Below, in pieces: positions 53,950 through 64,000 of a stretch of DNA of 64,000 bases. Numbering within the stretch: position 1 is the stretch's first letter; each line of letters begins with the position of its first letter. The stretch covers positions 34,844,001 to 34,908,000 of the forward strand of contig NC_042997.1 of NCBI RefSeq assembly GCF_006345805.1, given 5' to 3'. The position numbers and the translations under genes are program-made. The DNA is from Octopus sinensis. Taxonomy: Eukaryota. The notes under the pieces are model-generated. The model searched no databases. It was not told the origin of the DNA and worked only from the letters and a program-made list of their open reading frames with translations.

Positions 53950-55870
53950 GTTCCTTTATCAGCCATAAAAGTCAGAATAATAACAGTATTAATGTGACGA
54001 AAAAATACTTTATGAAACGAAAAGGAAAATTAATAGAGTGCAGCAAATTGCTTGCCCTATGGTAAGCGTCTCTCAGTGGGGATCCTGAGGTCGAAAATAC
54101 AACTATTGGCACAAGCACTTCTTCGAATACGAACATAGGAGGTCGCTTGAACTGGAACTGCCCTAGCTCGAGCTCTCCAAGTTCACCACCACATCCACTA
54201 CAAAAATAAAAATGTAAGTAGATCAAATGAACCTGGGAAGAGTATGCAGAAGTAATACATACGTATTACTATGCATTATATCGGCCATTTCAGGAGAAAC
54301 AAACCACAAGTTAAAAAAAAATATGGAGAACACTAAATCAAGATAGCAGACCCTATTTAGACGAAATAAATAGCAAATGTTAGGAAGGATATCTTCAGAA
54401 ATAATAGAATCACAAATATTGAAATAATCGAGCCCAAGCACGCAGTGGAAAATGATCTAAATATAAGAAAAGGAAGGAAATGAAGAGCCTAATATAGAGA
54501 GTAGTGCCCCATGAGTCTTATTTGAAAGACTGTCATCTGAAAAAATCATGCAAAGAGTCTGAAGAAATAAGAAATTCTAATGAACCTGTTAAAGGTAGCA
54601 AGTTAAGTAGTAAAAAAAAATTGAAGACCACACATTTGCTGAAGAACATAGGGCCCATAATGGAAATGAAGCAGAAAATACTGAATGAGCATACAGTTGT
54701 AAAGCACAAAAATATGAATGTTTGAGAATCACTTCATAATCCCTCAAATACACCCCCCACCAAAAAATAAAATACAAAAAAAAACTAATTGGTGATTATG
54801 TAACATAAAAAATTAAAATAATTAAAAGTTGATTTACTTGATGTTACTGAGTGAAATGAAATTATTTTCGCATTCGCTAAGGCAATTGAATCAAGTTGCA
54901 TGCTTCGAAAACAGAAAGATAACTAAACCTGAGAGGAAATCCAAAGTGGTGACGTAAGACTGATAATGAAATTGAGAGGAAATATCAATATTAAATGAAC
55001 TGATCTGTGAAGTGATATGTAAACTGATCCAGTAAAGGAAGAAAGATAAGGAGAAAATATGGATTTCTATCAAGAGAACAGTTATCAACAGAAGAAACTC
55101 TGAGACAAATGTCTACTCAAAGAATACGAAACTTTGAGAAAAGAAAGAATTTAAAAAATAAAATAAGCTGTTCACACCCAATGACAAAACATTTTATAGA
55201 GAAATATGGAAGTAGAAAATAACTATTCAAATGTCTCCAATGGAAGAAGAATTAAATAGTGGGAAAATGATGAGAAGACATACAATAAAAATATAGATTG
55301 GATTAGGTGCACACAAGGATGCTACAAAAATTTAGAACAAGAATGGGAAACATCACAATAGCAGACCTAAGCATGACCCAAAGAAGCTCATATGTAGAAA
55401 TCCCCGGTAATGATTAAGTGCCAAATTTCTAGTTCTCTTGTCCGCACACGAAAATTTAACCCAGTTGTTCAATGTGAGATCCCGAGAAATCCCCTGGCTG
55501 GTTACTTACCAACTTCCAAAGAATAAAGAAACCAAAGTTCAAAAAATTTATCGTCCCATAACTTCTTTATCTATCACTTATAAATTCCAACATATATTCT
55601 CGTAGAGAAAATATATGGATTTATGGAAGAGAGGAATATTTTCCCTACTGAACAAAAAGGGCATCGACGACAATCATATGGATGCAAAAGTCAACTCTTT
55701 ACTTATCGTACCATCCTTGAGAAAAGCAATAACAAGTAGAGAAATTTCAATCTAGGATGGATTGATCGCGAAGAGGCTTTTGACGGCTTACTGCATTCAT
55801 GATCGTGAAATCGATAGACATCTTCAATGTTTCTCTGGAAATTTCAAAATTTTCTGAAGCATAATTTCAT
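53950..55870 (+). mobile_element. 5' half of a decayed R4/Dong-like retrotransposon (N-terminal ORF region to RT start)
   Basis: Decayed motifs in expected order: K*TWEEYAEV..YY.A, IWR...RPYLD...NVRKDI, LPKNKETK..K.YRPIT, FPTEQKGHRRQSYGCKSQL, WID..AFD..H. Starts after a degenerate (TAA)n tract. Confidence 0.75.
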
Positions 55871-56306
55871 CCGGCCCAATATTTCACAGTTATTTAGTAT
55901 CGAATCCGAATTCGAAAGGATGGAAAGCGAAGTCGACCGCAGCAGGATTTGAAATCAGAACGTCAGAAACAACGAAATGCTGTTAAGCATTTTGTCCAGT
56001 GTGCTATCGATTCTGTAAGCTCTACACCATAACAACAACAACAACAGCAGCACCAACAACTACAACAACAGTAATAATAATTTCTGCTATAGGCACAAGA
56101 TCTGAAATTTCGTGAGAAGGGATAAGTTGATAACACCGAGCCCGCGGTTCAACTAGTACTTAATTTATTGACCCCGAACGAAGAAAAGGCAAAGTCGACC
56201 TCAGCAAAATTAAGAATAATGATTTTAAATTTTGCCACAAGGGGCAACAATTTTTGGCGGAGGGGATGAGACGATTACATCGAACCCAGTGTTCAACAGC
56301 AAGAGC

Positions 56307-56377
<71 letters not shown>

Positions 56378-56390
56378 CAACAATAATAAT

Positions 56391-56642
56391 GGTTTCTACG
56401 ATAGACACAAGTCCTGCAATTCGGGGGAGAGAGATAGTCGATTACACCGACCCCAGTACACAACTGGTACTTATTTTACCGAACTCGAAGGAATTTAAAT
56501 TCAGAACGTAAAGACGGACGAAATTCCGTTAAGCACTTCGCCCGTCGTGCTAACGACTCTGCCGGCTCTCCGCCTTAATGATGATGATGATGATGATGAT
56601 AAGAAGAAGAAGAAGAAGAAGAAGAAGAACAACAACAACAAC

Positions 56643-56702
<60 letters not shown>

Positions 56703-56722
56703 TAATAATAATAATAATAATA

Positions 56723-56761
<39 letters not shown>

Positions 56762-56960
56762 CAACAATAATAATGGTTTCTACGATAGACACAAGTCCTG
56801 CAATTCGGGGGAGAGAGATAGTCGATTACACCGACCCCAGTACACAACTGGTACTTATTTTACCGAACTCGAAGGAATTTAAATTCAGAACGTAAAGACG
56901 GACGAAATTCCGTTAAGCACTTCGCCCGTCGTGCTAACGACTCTGCCGGCTCTCCGCCTT
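56391..56960 (-). repeat. Tandem duplication, 384-bp period: identical 186-bp SINE-C cores (56391-56576, 56775-56960) each followed by (GAT)n(AAG)n(AAC)n(AAT)n
   Basis: Both cores appear identical base for base and share the same internal deletion relative to other family C copies. Confidence 0.95.
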
Positions 56961-57023
56961 AATGATGATGATGATGATGATGATAAGAAGAAGAAGAAGA
57001 AGAAGAAGAAGAACAACAACAAC

Positions 57024-57093
<70 letters not shown>

Positions 57094-58319
57094 GTGGCTC
57101 TCATGTCTTCTTATCTTAACTTATTGGAAGTGCTATCTTGAAAAACAATACCATCGGACACAATCACAAAGATACACGTTCACATGCACATATGCACGTA
57201 TATACACACGCAACACACACAACACAGTGTATATCTATAAAATTCACACAAGAGGCATTAATCGACAAGATGCTATAATAGGAGATATTTGCTGAACCTA
57301 GACGCGGTGGGTTGGGACCCATGATAGTGGGGTTTTGTAGAAAGCATTTCGCAGTTTACAATGAATAACATTATACTGAATTATAGAAACAAGACGGCTA
57401 GTTAGACATGATAACTCTATTAACACTTTGTTTAGATAAAAAAAAACAAAACAAAAAAGAAACAGTATTCTAATTTCAGAGAAACGTATGTCATCTAAAA
57501 GACCTCTACAAAATAGCTTAATCTGCTTGACATAATTATTTGTCTACCTCGCCATTGCCGGTTTGGGGTTAAACAACAACTATTGATATCACTACAAAGG
57601 ACTGTAAGCACTATGTTCAAAATGACGGAAATGTGCCAACACGAATTAAAGTGGGACGAAAGGAAATGTTATGCGTGTATAGGCAGCTATTTTATATTCT
57701 AATTTTCTCGTATAATTTATCTAACGCTATAAAATTAACATAAAATCAATTGTCCTACGTCTAATCTCCTGAAACTTTATAGCCAAGAACAGCCAATGTT
57801 TCGCTGGTAATAATATTTAACTTATATACTAATATGCCCGAATGAAAACTTAATTATCCTTACAGTTATTAATGGCAATGCAGGCATTTATGAGCCAACA
57901 AAAAGAACCTCAGTGTGTCCCGTTGTTCTCCTAGATATAATAACAACATTTTAGATAAGAAACTTGATGTCTTTAAAATATATATATGAAATATATGATG
58001 ATTGAAAAAGGCATGGGATGGTCATGGCTGGCATGCGTTATATTGTAGGTCAACTCCATGAACACCTTATGTCACATCAGCCTCCACCTCCTTCTCTTCC
58101 TTCCCTCTTTATCCCTCTCCTCCTCCTCCTCCTACTACTACTACAACTACTACTACTTACATATGTTGGTTTATATGTGTGTATGCGTGTGTACAAATGA
58201 AAACAAAATGAATTATCACCCACCACATGTGAATGGAGGTTAATGTATTTAATAACAGAATAACTCAATTTGACATGATTTAAATTCAAATGTTTTTTTG
58301 AGTATGGAGGATGAATAAT

Positions 58320-59330
58320 GGACAAGACTTTCGCAATCTGACCTTATACATGGATGACACTCTGGCACTGTCAAACCATATGAGCGGTCATGCAATGGCT
58401 AAATTTAAACGGAATCTTACAAATAACTACATAGAATTCGGCTAAACTATAACTATTGCTAGTACCTTAAAGAAAATCAGCTTGAATGTAACATTAGTCT
58501 TAGCCCAACTAAGAAACTATATTCAGAGCTGTTCTACCCAGCTTCCAACTGTAATTAGAGACTTAGTCACACGTATCAGCAGAGGTATCTTCAATCTATT
58601 AGCAAACAACGAGCAAGGTTTAACTGAGTAGCACCCTAGAATAACGAAACACAGTGACTTTTCCGATAATTTAGTGTAACTGGAATATCCACCACTGTAC
58701 CGTCAAACCCGTGGGAAAAGGCAGACAATTGCTTTAATATTACATCTAAATGTATCTATCAATGTAGCTAAGAGATACATGACGCTAATTAAAAGGCATT
58801 TTCCAAGAACTTTCATATACCATAAACTCTCTATTTTCCATAATGTGAACGTTAGGAACATTGTACGGTTATTCAAAAGCATACATACCACGACATAATC
58901 ATCACCTGTAACTTCCAAAATACTACCAATTACCAATTGTGAAGATCCTGTTTCTGAAATGTCGTGAGGCACCCTCAAACCATTCGAGGGTGTTAGGAGA
59001 TACTCCACGGATATTAGAGGCAATGTTTTTTTAAGACAATATACATTACATATAGTCACTCCTTTAGAGAGAATTTACCCTCCTAAACCCGCTTTATCTG
59101 GTGATTCTGGGAGCATTGACATGACTTTATTACCATCCATCTGAGCTTCATTAATAGCGTCTCTTATTCACTTCGAGCTCGCAATTACCAAATTTACATT
59201 CGTGGGAAACTTTACATTTTCCACTGGCCTGCAGTTTTCCTACAATAAATAAATGTCTGTCTTATTATTGCCACCGGAGGTATGCCCTAATGAAAATCTA
59301 GTGACCGACCGCAAATAAATCAGGTATATC
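58320..59330 (+). mobile_element. Decayed Penelope-like element: RT, linker and GIY-YIG remnant
   Basis: LTLYMDDTLAL (YMDD 58347-58358)...SGHAMAKFKRNL...FG*TITI...LNVTLVL, then INVAKRYMTLIKRHFPRTFIYHKL; these follow the PLE patterns LYRDDGL..SG..ITI..NFLDVTL and TN.GK.F..LI.KHFP. Confidence 0.75.
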
Positions 59331-60160
59331 ACCTAGCGATCCCACGAGCCAACGGTGGATTTTAGAATTTCTGCTACTGTACAGATTACAGAAAACTATC
59401 ACTCATATTAGTCAGTGAAAATCCTATGTAACCTGGCTCTATTAAAAGTGTCAGACTACAACCTTGTATCTGTCGTCACTGAAATATCACAAACTACAGA
59501 ATAAAGGGTAACTGACACCAGCATGTTGCTTGCTCTAACAAGTGTAGCCGCCAAAGTAATAAATTAAATTCGCTCAAATATTACATCCCACAGTATGCCA
59601 ATAAATAGAAGCTTACAAGCTTCTGCCCTATTGCAGGTACCTTCATCAAAGGAACTGATGTTAATATGTTTGCAAAACAAACGTAACACCTAAACAGAAC
59701 GACTTTCAGCTAGAGTAGTACATTAAATATGTCTAAACTATCTCCACACTTCTCGGAACTTGATACAGGCGTGTTATGAGCGTATTCGAAGTACAAATAA
59801 TTACACGCCCCCCCACACACATTTATATATATAAATATAATTTCCAGGAATTAGGAAGAAAGCTAGCTTAAAGCAATCCCTAATAAATATTTAAAAAATC
59901 AACTTCCGGAGACGATAGTAGTTTACTGAAACGGAAAGTTGTGGATGTTTTTCATATCGAAATATGATAAACTGACTGAATCTTCCATGCGTTAAAAATG
60001 TACCTCCATGCGACAATGTAAACTTTCATTCAATCTAGATATCCTTGGCCTGAAAAGTAGCCTGCGTTATACACCTCGCTTGGATATTTACCATTTCTGA
60101 GGTTCCGCTCGCTATGAAGCATATGTAGCCCGAATCTTATCTACTCCATCCTGTAACTCT

Positions 60161-60230
<70 letters not shown>

Positions 60231-60399
60231 TATATATATGTGTGTATACACACAAACTATGGGGGTTTAGTTCACAGGTGACCTAAACGATTAAGTACGC
60301 TAGGTAAGTGCTGTAAGGGATTACTAAGGCTCCAAGGTTATAGCCGAGACGGTAGCTATGGAGTCATTGCAGATTTCCGATATTTATACGTATAGTACA

Positions 60400-60810
60400 T
60401 ATCGTGATCGGAGGGCCTGTCTAACACAGCTCCTCCACCACTTTGATGATATCTTAAATGCACTAAGTGAGGGCTCCAACGCGGATGTCATATACCTTGA
60501 TTTCAGCAATGCCTTCGACAAAGTCGACCACAATATACGGTTAAGGAAACTATCCAACGCTGGAGTCAGTGGAAAGCTACCTCGATGCATTAGGTATTTC
60601 CTAACAAACAGGACCCAGCATGTTGTGGTTGATGGCATCCATTCAAGACCATAAAAACTCATCAGTGGAGTCCCGCAGGTTACTGCGCTGGGTTGATTTC
60701 TTTTTATTGTCTATAACAATGACGTTGCAGATTCCATTGAACATAGCACCATTAAAATATTTGCAGATGACTGACCAAGGCCATGCTGGGGCAACGCCTT
60801 GATGAATCTT
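60400..60810 (+). mobile_element. Internal RT fragment of a CR1/L2/Jockey-group LINE
   Basis: ORF 60358..60654: ACLTQLL...DVIYLDFSNAFDKVDH...FLTNRTQHVVVDG, then frameshifted SGVPQ and IFADD. Confidence 0.9.
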
Positions 60811-61028
60811 CAGTCGAATGTATCGACTCCAGTAGTTAGGTTTTTGAATCCTGATACTTATTATATTGGTCTATTTTGTCTCACCACTAGGTTATAGGGA
60901 CGCAAACACACTAGCAACAGTTGTCAAGCGGTGGTGGAGGGCCAAACATAGACATAAAGGCACACAAACGCGCGCTCGCACACAAACTGACACCACACAT
61001 TCTCTCTCTCTCTCACTATATATAGTGA

Positions 61029-61174
61029 GCACCTTGAACAAGTGTCTTCTACTATAGCCTCGGGCTGACCAATTCATTGTGAGTAGATTTGAACGGATAT
61101 ATATATATCTTCAAATCTACTCACAATGAATTGGTCAGCCCGAGGCTATAGTAGAAGACACTTGTTTAAGGTGC
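61029..61174. repeat. 65-bp-arm hairpin inside a family E SINE (61029-61093 / 61110-61174), (TA)-rich loop
   Basis: One mismatch between arms; both arms share private variants (ccaattcattgtgagtagatttgaa) absent from the other family E copies in this window. Confidence 0.9.
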
Positions 61175-61778
61175 AGCGCAGTGGGACGGGACTGAACCTC
61201 GAACCATGTGGCTCGAAGTTAATTTCACACCGCACAGCCACGTCTACGCCTACCTCTTTTCATTATTGAAAGCATTTTATTTTATCAACACTTATTAAGA
61301 CGTTTGAAAACATAGACTGAACCATTTGCCATAGCTTATCTCATATATGTAGTAGCTCGATGTAATTTATTACAAAATATTTACCCTAATATTAGGAAGC
61401 ATTTTGATGCTGGAACACAGTCAACTGGAAACGCCAGACGTTCAATACAATAAATCTCACTCATATTCTAATTATTACATCAAATATACTCATACTTTGC
61501 GTTAAATGGTGTGATGAAATATTGCTGGTACATATTCCGAAAATTTTTATAAAAGCTTTTAGATATGAAAGAGGATATATAAATTTTAATAGTTATATAT
61601 TAGAAAAAGGAAACAATAAATATTGATATACTGAAATTAAATGTAAATAATTTTGAAAAAAAGCAAACAAAATGAAAATAGTTGAAACCTACCTTTTGAT
61701 CAGAAAAGTGTCTGTGAAATTCCATTTTCTTTTTTATTTAGTCTTAGAGATGTTAAATTTCCAAAATATGATAATTAC

Positions 61779-62018
61779 CTCTACTCCATAATGGCTCTTC
61801 ATTAATAGTATTTTCAAATTCTTCATGAAAATCGGGTGAATTGTTAGGCTGAGCAATTTCCACAACGATACATTTTAAAACACCAACTTGAATGTCCGAA
61901 GTTCTTTGTAAAGGTTCCATAAAATTTTGCATAGTTTGGAATAATTTCGTGATAAAATGTTCGATACTTTGTTTTTTCAAGATGAACAACAGGAATTGAT
62001 GAAAAATTTGCATTATAT
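61779..62018 (-). CDS. Candidate 240-bp internal coding exon of an unidentified gene
   Basis: Open frame (ORF 61753..62013), AG at 62020-62019, GTAATT donor after 61779, length divisible by 3, non-repetitive. Acceptor lacks a strong polypyrimidine tract and no family is recognised. Confidence 0.3.
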
Positions 62019-63447
62019 CTTATAGTATTTTCTTGTTTTCGAAATGATAAAAAATGCTTTCCATTTCATCTACGTTATAAATCAATTATTTGGGAATGTA
62101 AAATGAAGTTGTCTGAAGCATAGATACGATATGAATTACATTTTTTATGAGCTGCAAGTCAAAACACCAAGTGAAAACAATTATTAGAATGGTAAAACAT
62201 CATTATGAATAGACATACTGCGTTGGATCAGTGATATCCAAAGAGTAACTGAAAGATAAGAATGTTCATTACATAGCATTCATAAACAGTAGTTTTGAAC
62301 TGCATAATCAGGTTCATATGAAAAGAGAGCAGAGAATAATGCATACAATTATTTCAGTGAAAGACGTATATTATATATTACATATCATGTGTTATACATT
62401 ATATGTTTACATATGTGTTGTGCGTGCATGTGTGTGCATATATATTATATATAAATACTTATATAAATACTTATATAAATACTTATATATATATATATAT
62501 ATACGCACATATGCACACACAGACTGTCGGATGTTGTTATACATCGCTTGCCACAATGCGCTTCCGCATCGTTTTAGCTTTTGAAGAATGTCATCCACAT
62601 ATATGATACCAACACATATATATATATATAGTTAACATTTATCTTTCTCATACATAATATAAATGTATATAATTTCATTAATTTCTTAACAGTTCGAACC
62701 CGTAAGAAGGAGATTCACTGCTATTTCTGATGGAGGAATATTTTCGCCGTAGACAAAATGGTGTAAACACATCATTTCGAAGCGCCCTCTTCCGGCTTGT
62801 TGAATGCATGCATTTCGAATTGTTTATCTTCTCATCGGTATCAAACTAACGAAAAGGTGAGGCAACTCCGAATTGACAAAGTGACGAGGTTCCTCTTATA
62901 AGGAACCAATAAATGTGTTTCGACTGATGGCGCTTGTCGGTTGCCACGCTGTAGTAAAATACATATAAAAGGCACTAAATAGTGAACGCGATGAATATAA
63001 AGTTCTTATCATTTCAAATATGTCTCGGAAATATCGACTCTTGTCTTGAAGGTTTGATACAGACGAAAAGATAATCAATTCGAAATACGTGTAACCACCA
63101 TTGCGCAAGAGAGCGCGTCGACTAACCACATTGTGTTTGCAGCAAGGATATTTTCCATGACAAACAGCTATGAATAGACTTCTTACGTATTCTAAAATAT
63201 CTCAGACATAGCTTAAACCCGTACACATTTTATATTTATCCCAATCAGTGTTCTGAGTGTCTAATCTGTGTATAATTATATTATTATAACTATATTATAC
63301 CTGCAAAATAATATATACAATATATACACGTATATATATATATATATATATACATAGATGTCTCAATGCATCCGTATATACATAACACCATGTATATATG
63401 TACATATATCATGCATTACACAGACACACATATATACACATACACAC

Positions 63448-63497
<50 letters not shown>

Positions 63498-63500
63498 TAT

Positions 63501-64000
63501 ACACGATAGGGTACCAGAAAGAAACCGGAATTATGCAGTATTAATTTATTCACTTAGTTTTACATTTTCTCACTTTTATCGCCTTAAAAGTATTATCTAT
63601 TTGAATCAATGATTCGGTTCGGACGTATTTTCCACTGTTCGAAGTAACAAATTGATGCCTTCTAACGCCTCCGTCGATTTTTCCTCATCACTTCCAAATC
63701 TGCAAATTCCGTAGCACCAGTGTTGACCTTCGAGAAAAAGTTTCGGATCAACTTCCAGCTGTCCTTTCAGTTCATGATAGGCATTCAGTTACGACAGCTT
63801 TTGATTGTCTGTTAGCAAGCGCGGTACATATTTTGCTGCAATTCATTTCATACGTAATTCCTCGCTGAAAAGTCATTAGCAGGAGTTCTAGGACACACCA
63901 GTCACATCAACAATTTCGTCAACTGTACGGTGATTGTCCTCTAATTTTTAAGGATATTTTCATTCGTTGAAGATGTTGATGGTCGCCTTGAACGAGGTTC
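63501..64000 (-). mobile_element. Internally deleted mariner (Tc1/mariner) transposon running off the window end
   Basis: EPRSRRPST...RTVDEIVDVTGVS...AAKYVPRLLTDNQK (WVPRLL-like motif)...ELKGQLEVDP, then a jump to C-terminal FEQWK.R; TIR-like cgatagggtaccagaaagaaaccggaa beside (TA)n. Confidence 0.85.

Noticed and set aside
53972-54226. Minus-strand ORF with a strong-looking acceptor (tttttatttttgtag|TGGATG)
   Set aside because: Better explained as the antisense of the R4-like element's 5' region, whose plus frame continues into recognisable motifs.
62960-63055. TATA-like catataaaagg followed by ATG (MNIKFLSFQICLG...)
   Set aside because: Short ORF with a weak donor; TATA-like words are common at this AT content.
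1292-63612. Dozens of ORFs rich in I/Y/H/T/C/V/L/N (e.g. 2106..2546, 40120..40641, 56578..56895)
   Set aside because: They are translations of (TA)n, (CA)n, (ATGT)n and (AAT)n microsatellites, which lack stops in some frames.

Overview
AT-rich, repeat-dense metazoan genomic DNA, intronic or intergenic in character. The repeat families and (TA)n/(CA)n/(AAT)n density suggest an octopod cephalopod (inference from memory, not a database match). No intact host gene can be called: nearly all ORF-track entries are microsatellite translations or TE remnants. The window holds many tRNA-derived SINEs (at least 5 families), degenerate non-LTR retrotransposons (R4/Dong-like RLE elements beside (AAT)n tracts, an RTE, a CR1-type RT piece), several Penelope-like element (PLE) remnants, non-autonomous Helitrons and an internally deleted mariner. 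Most interesting: (1) three sequence-distinct minimal hammerhead ribozyme (HHR) motifs, one inside a tRNA-headed SINE with a Penelope-style inverted tail that begins at the predicted self-cleavage site, suggesting a SINE mobilised by PLE machinery; (2) three fold-back inverted duplications (460, ~250 and 65 bp arms), two centred on simple repeats; (3) stacks of retroelements in (AAT)n tracts; (4) a locally templated insertion with microhomology at both ends. The long near-perfect palindromes and a 384-bp tandem duplication may be assembly artefacts and need read-level checks.
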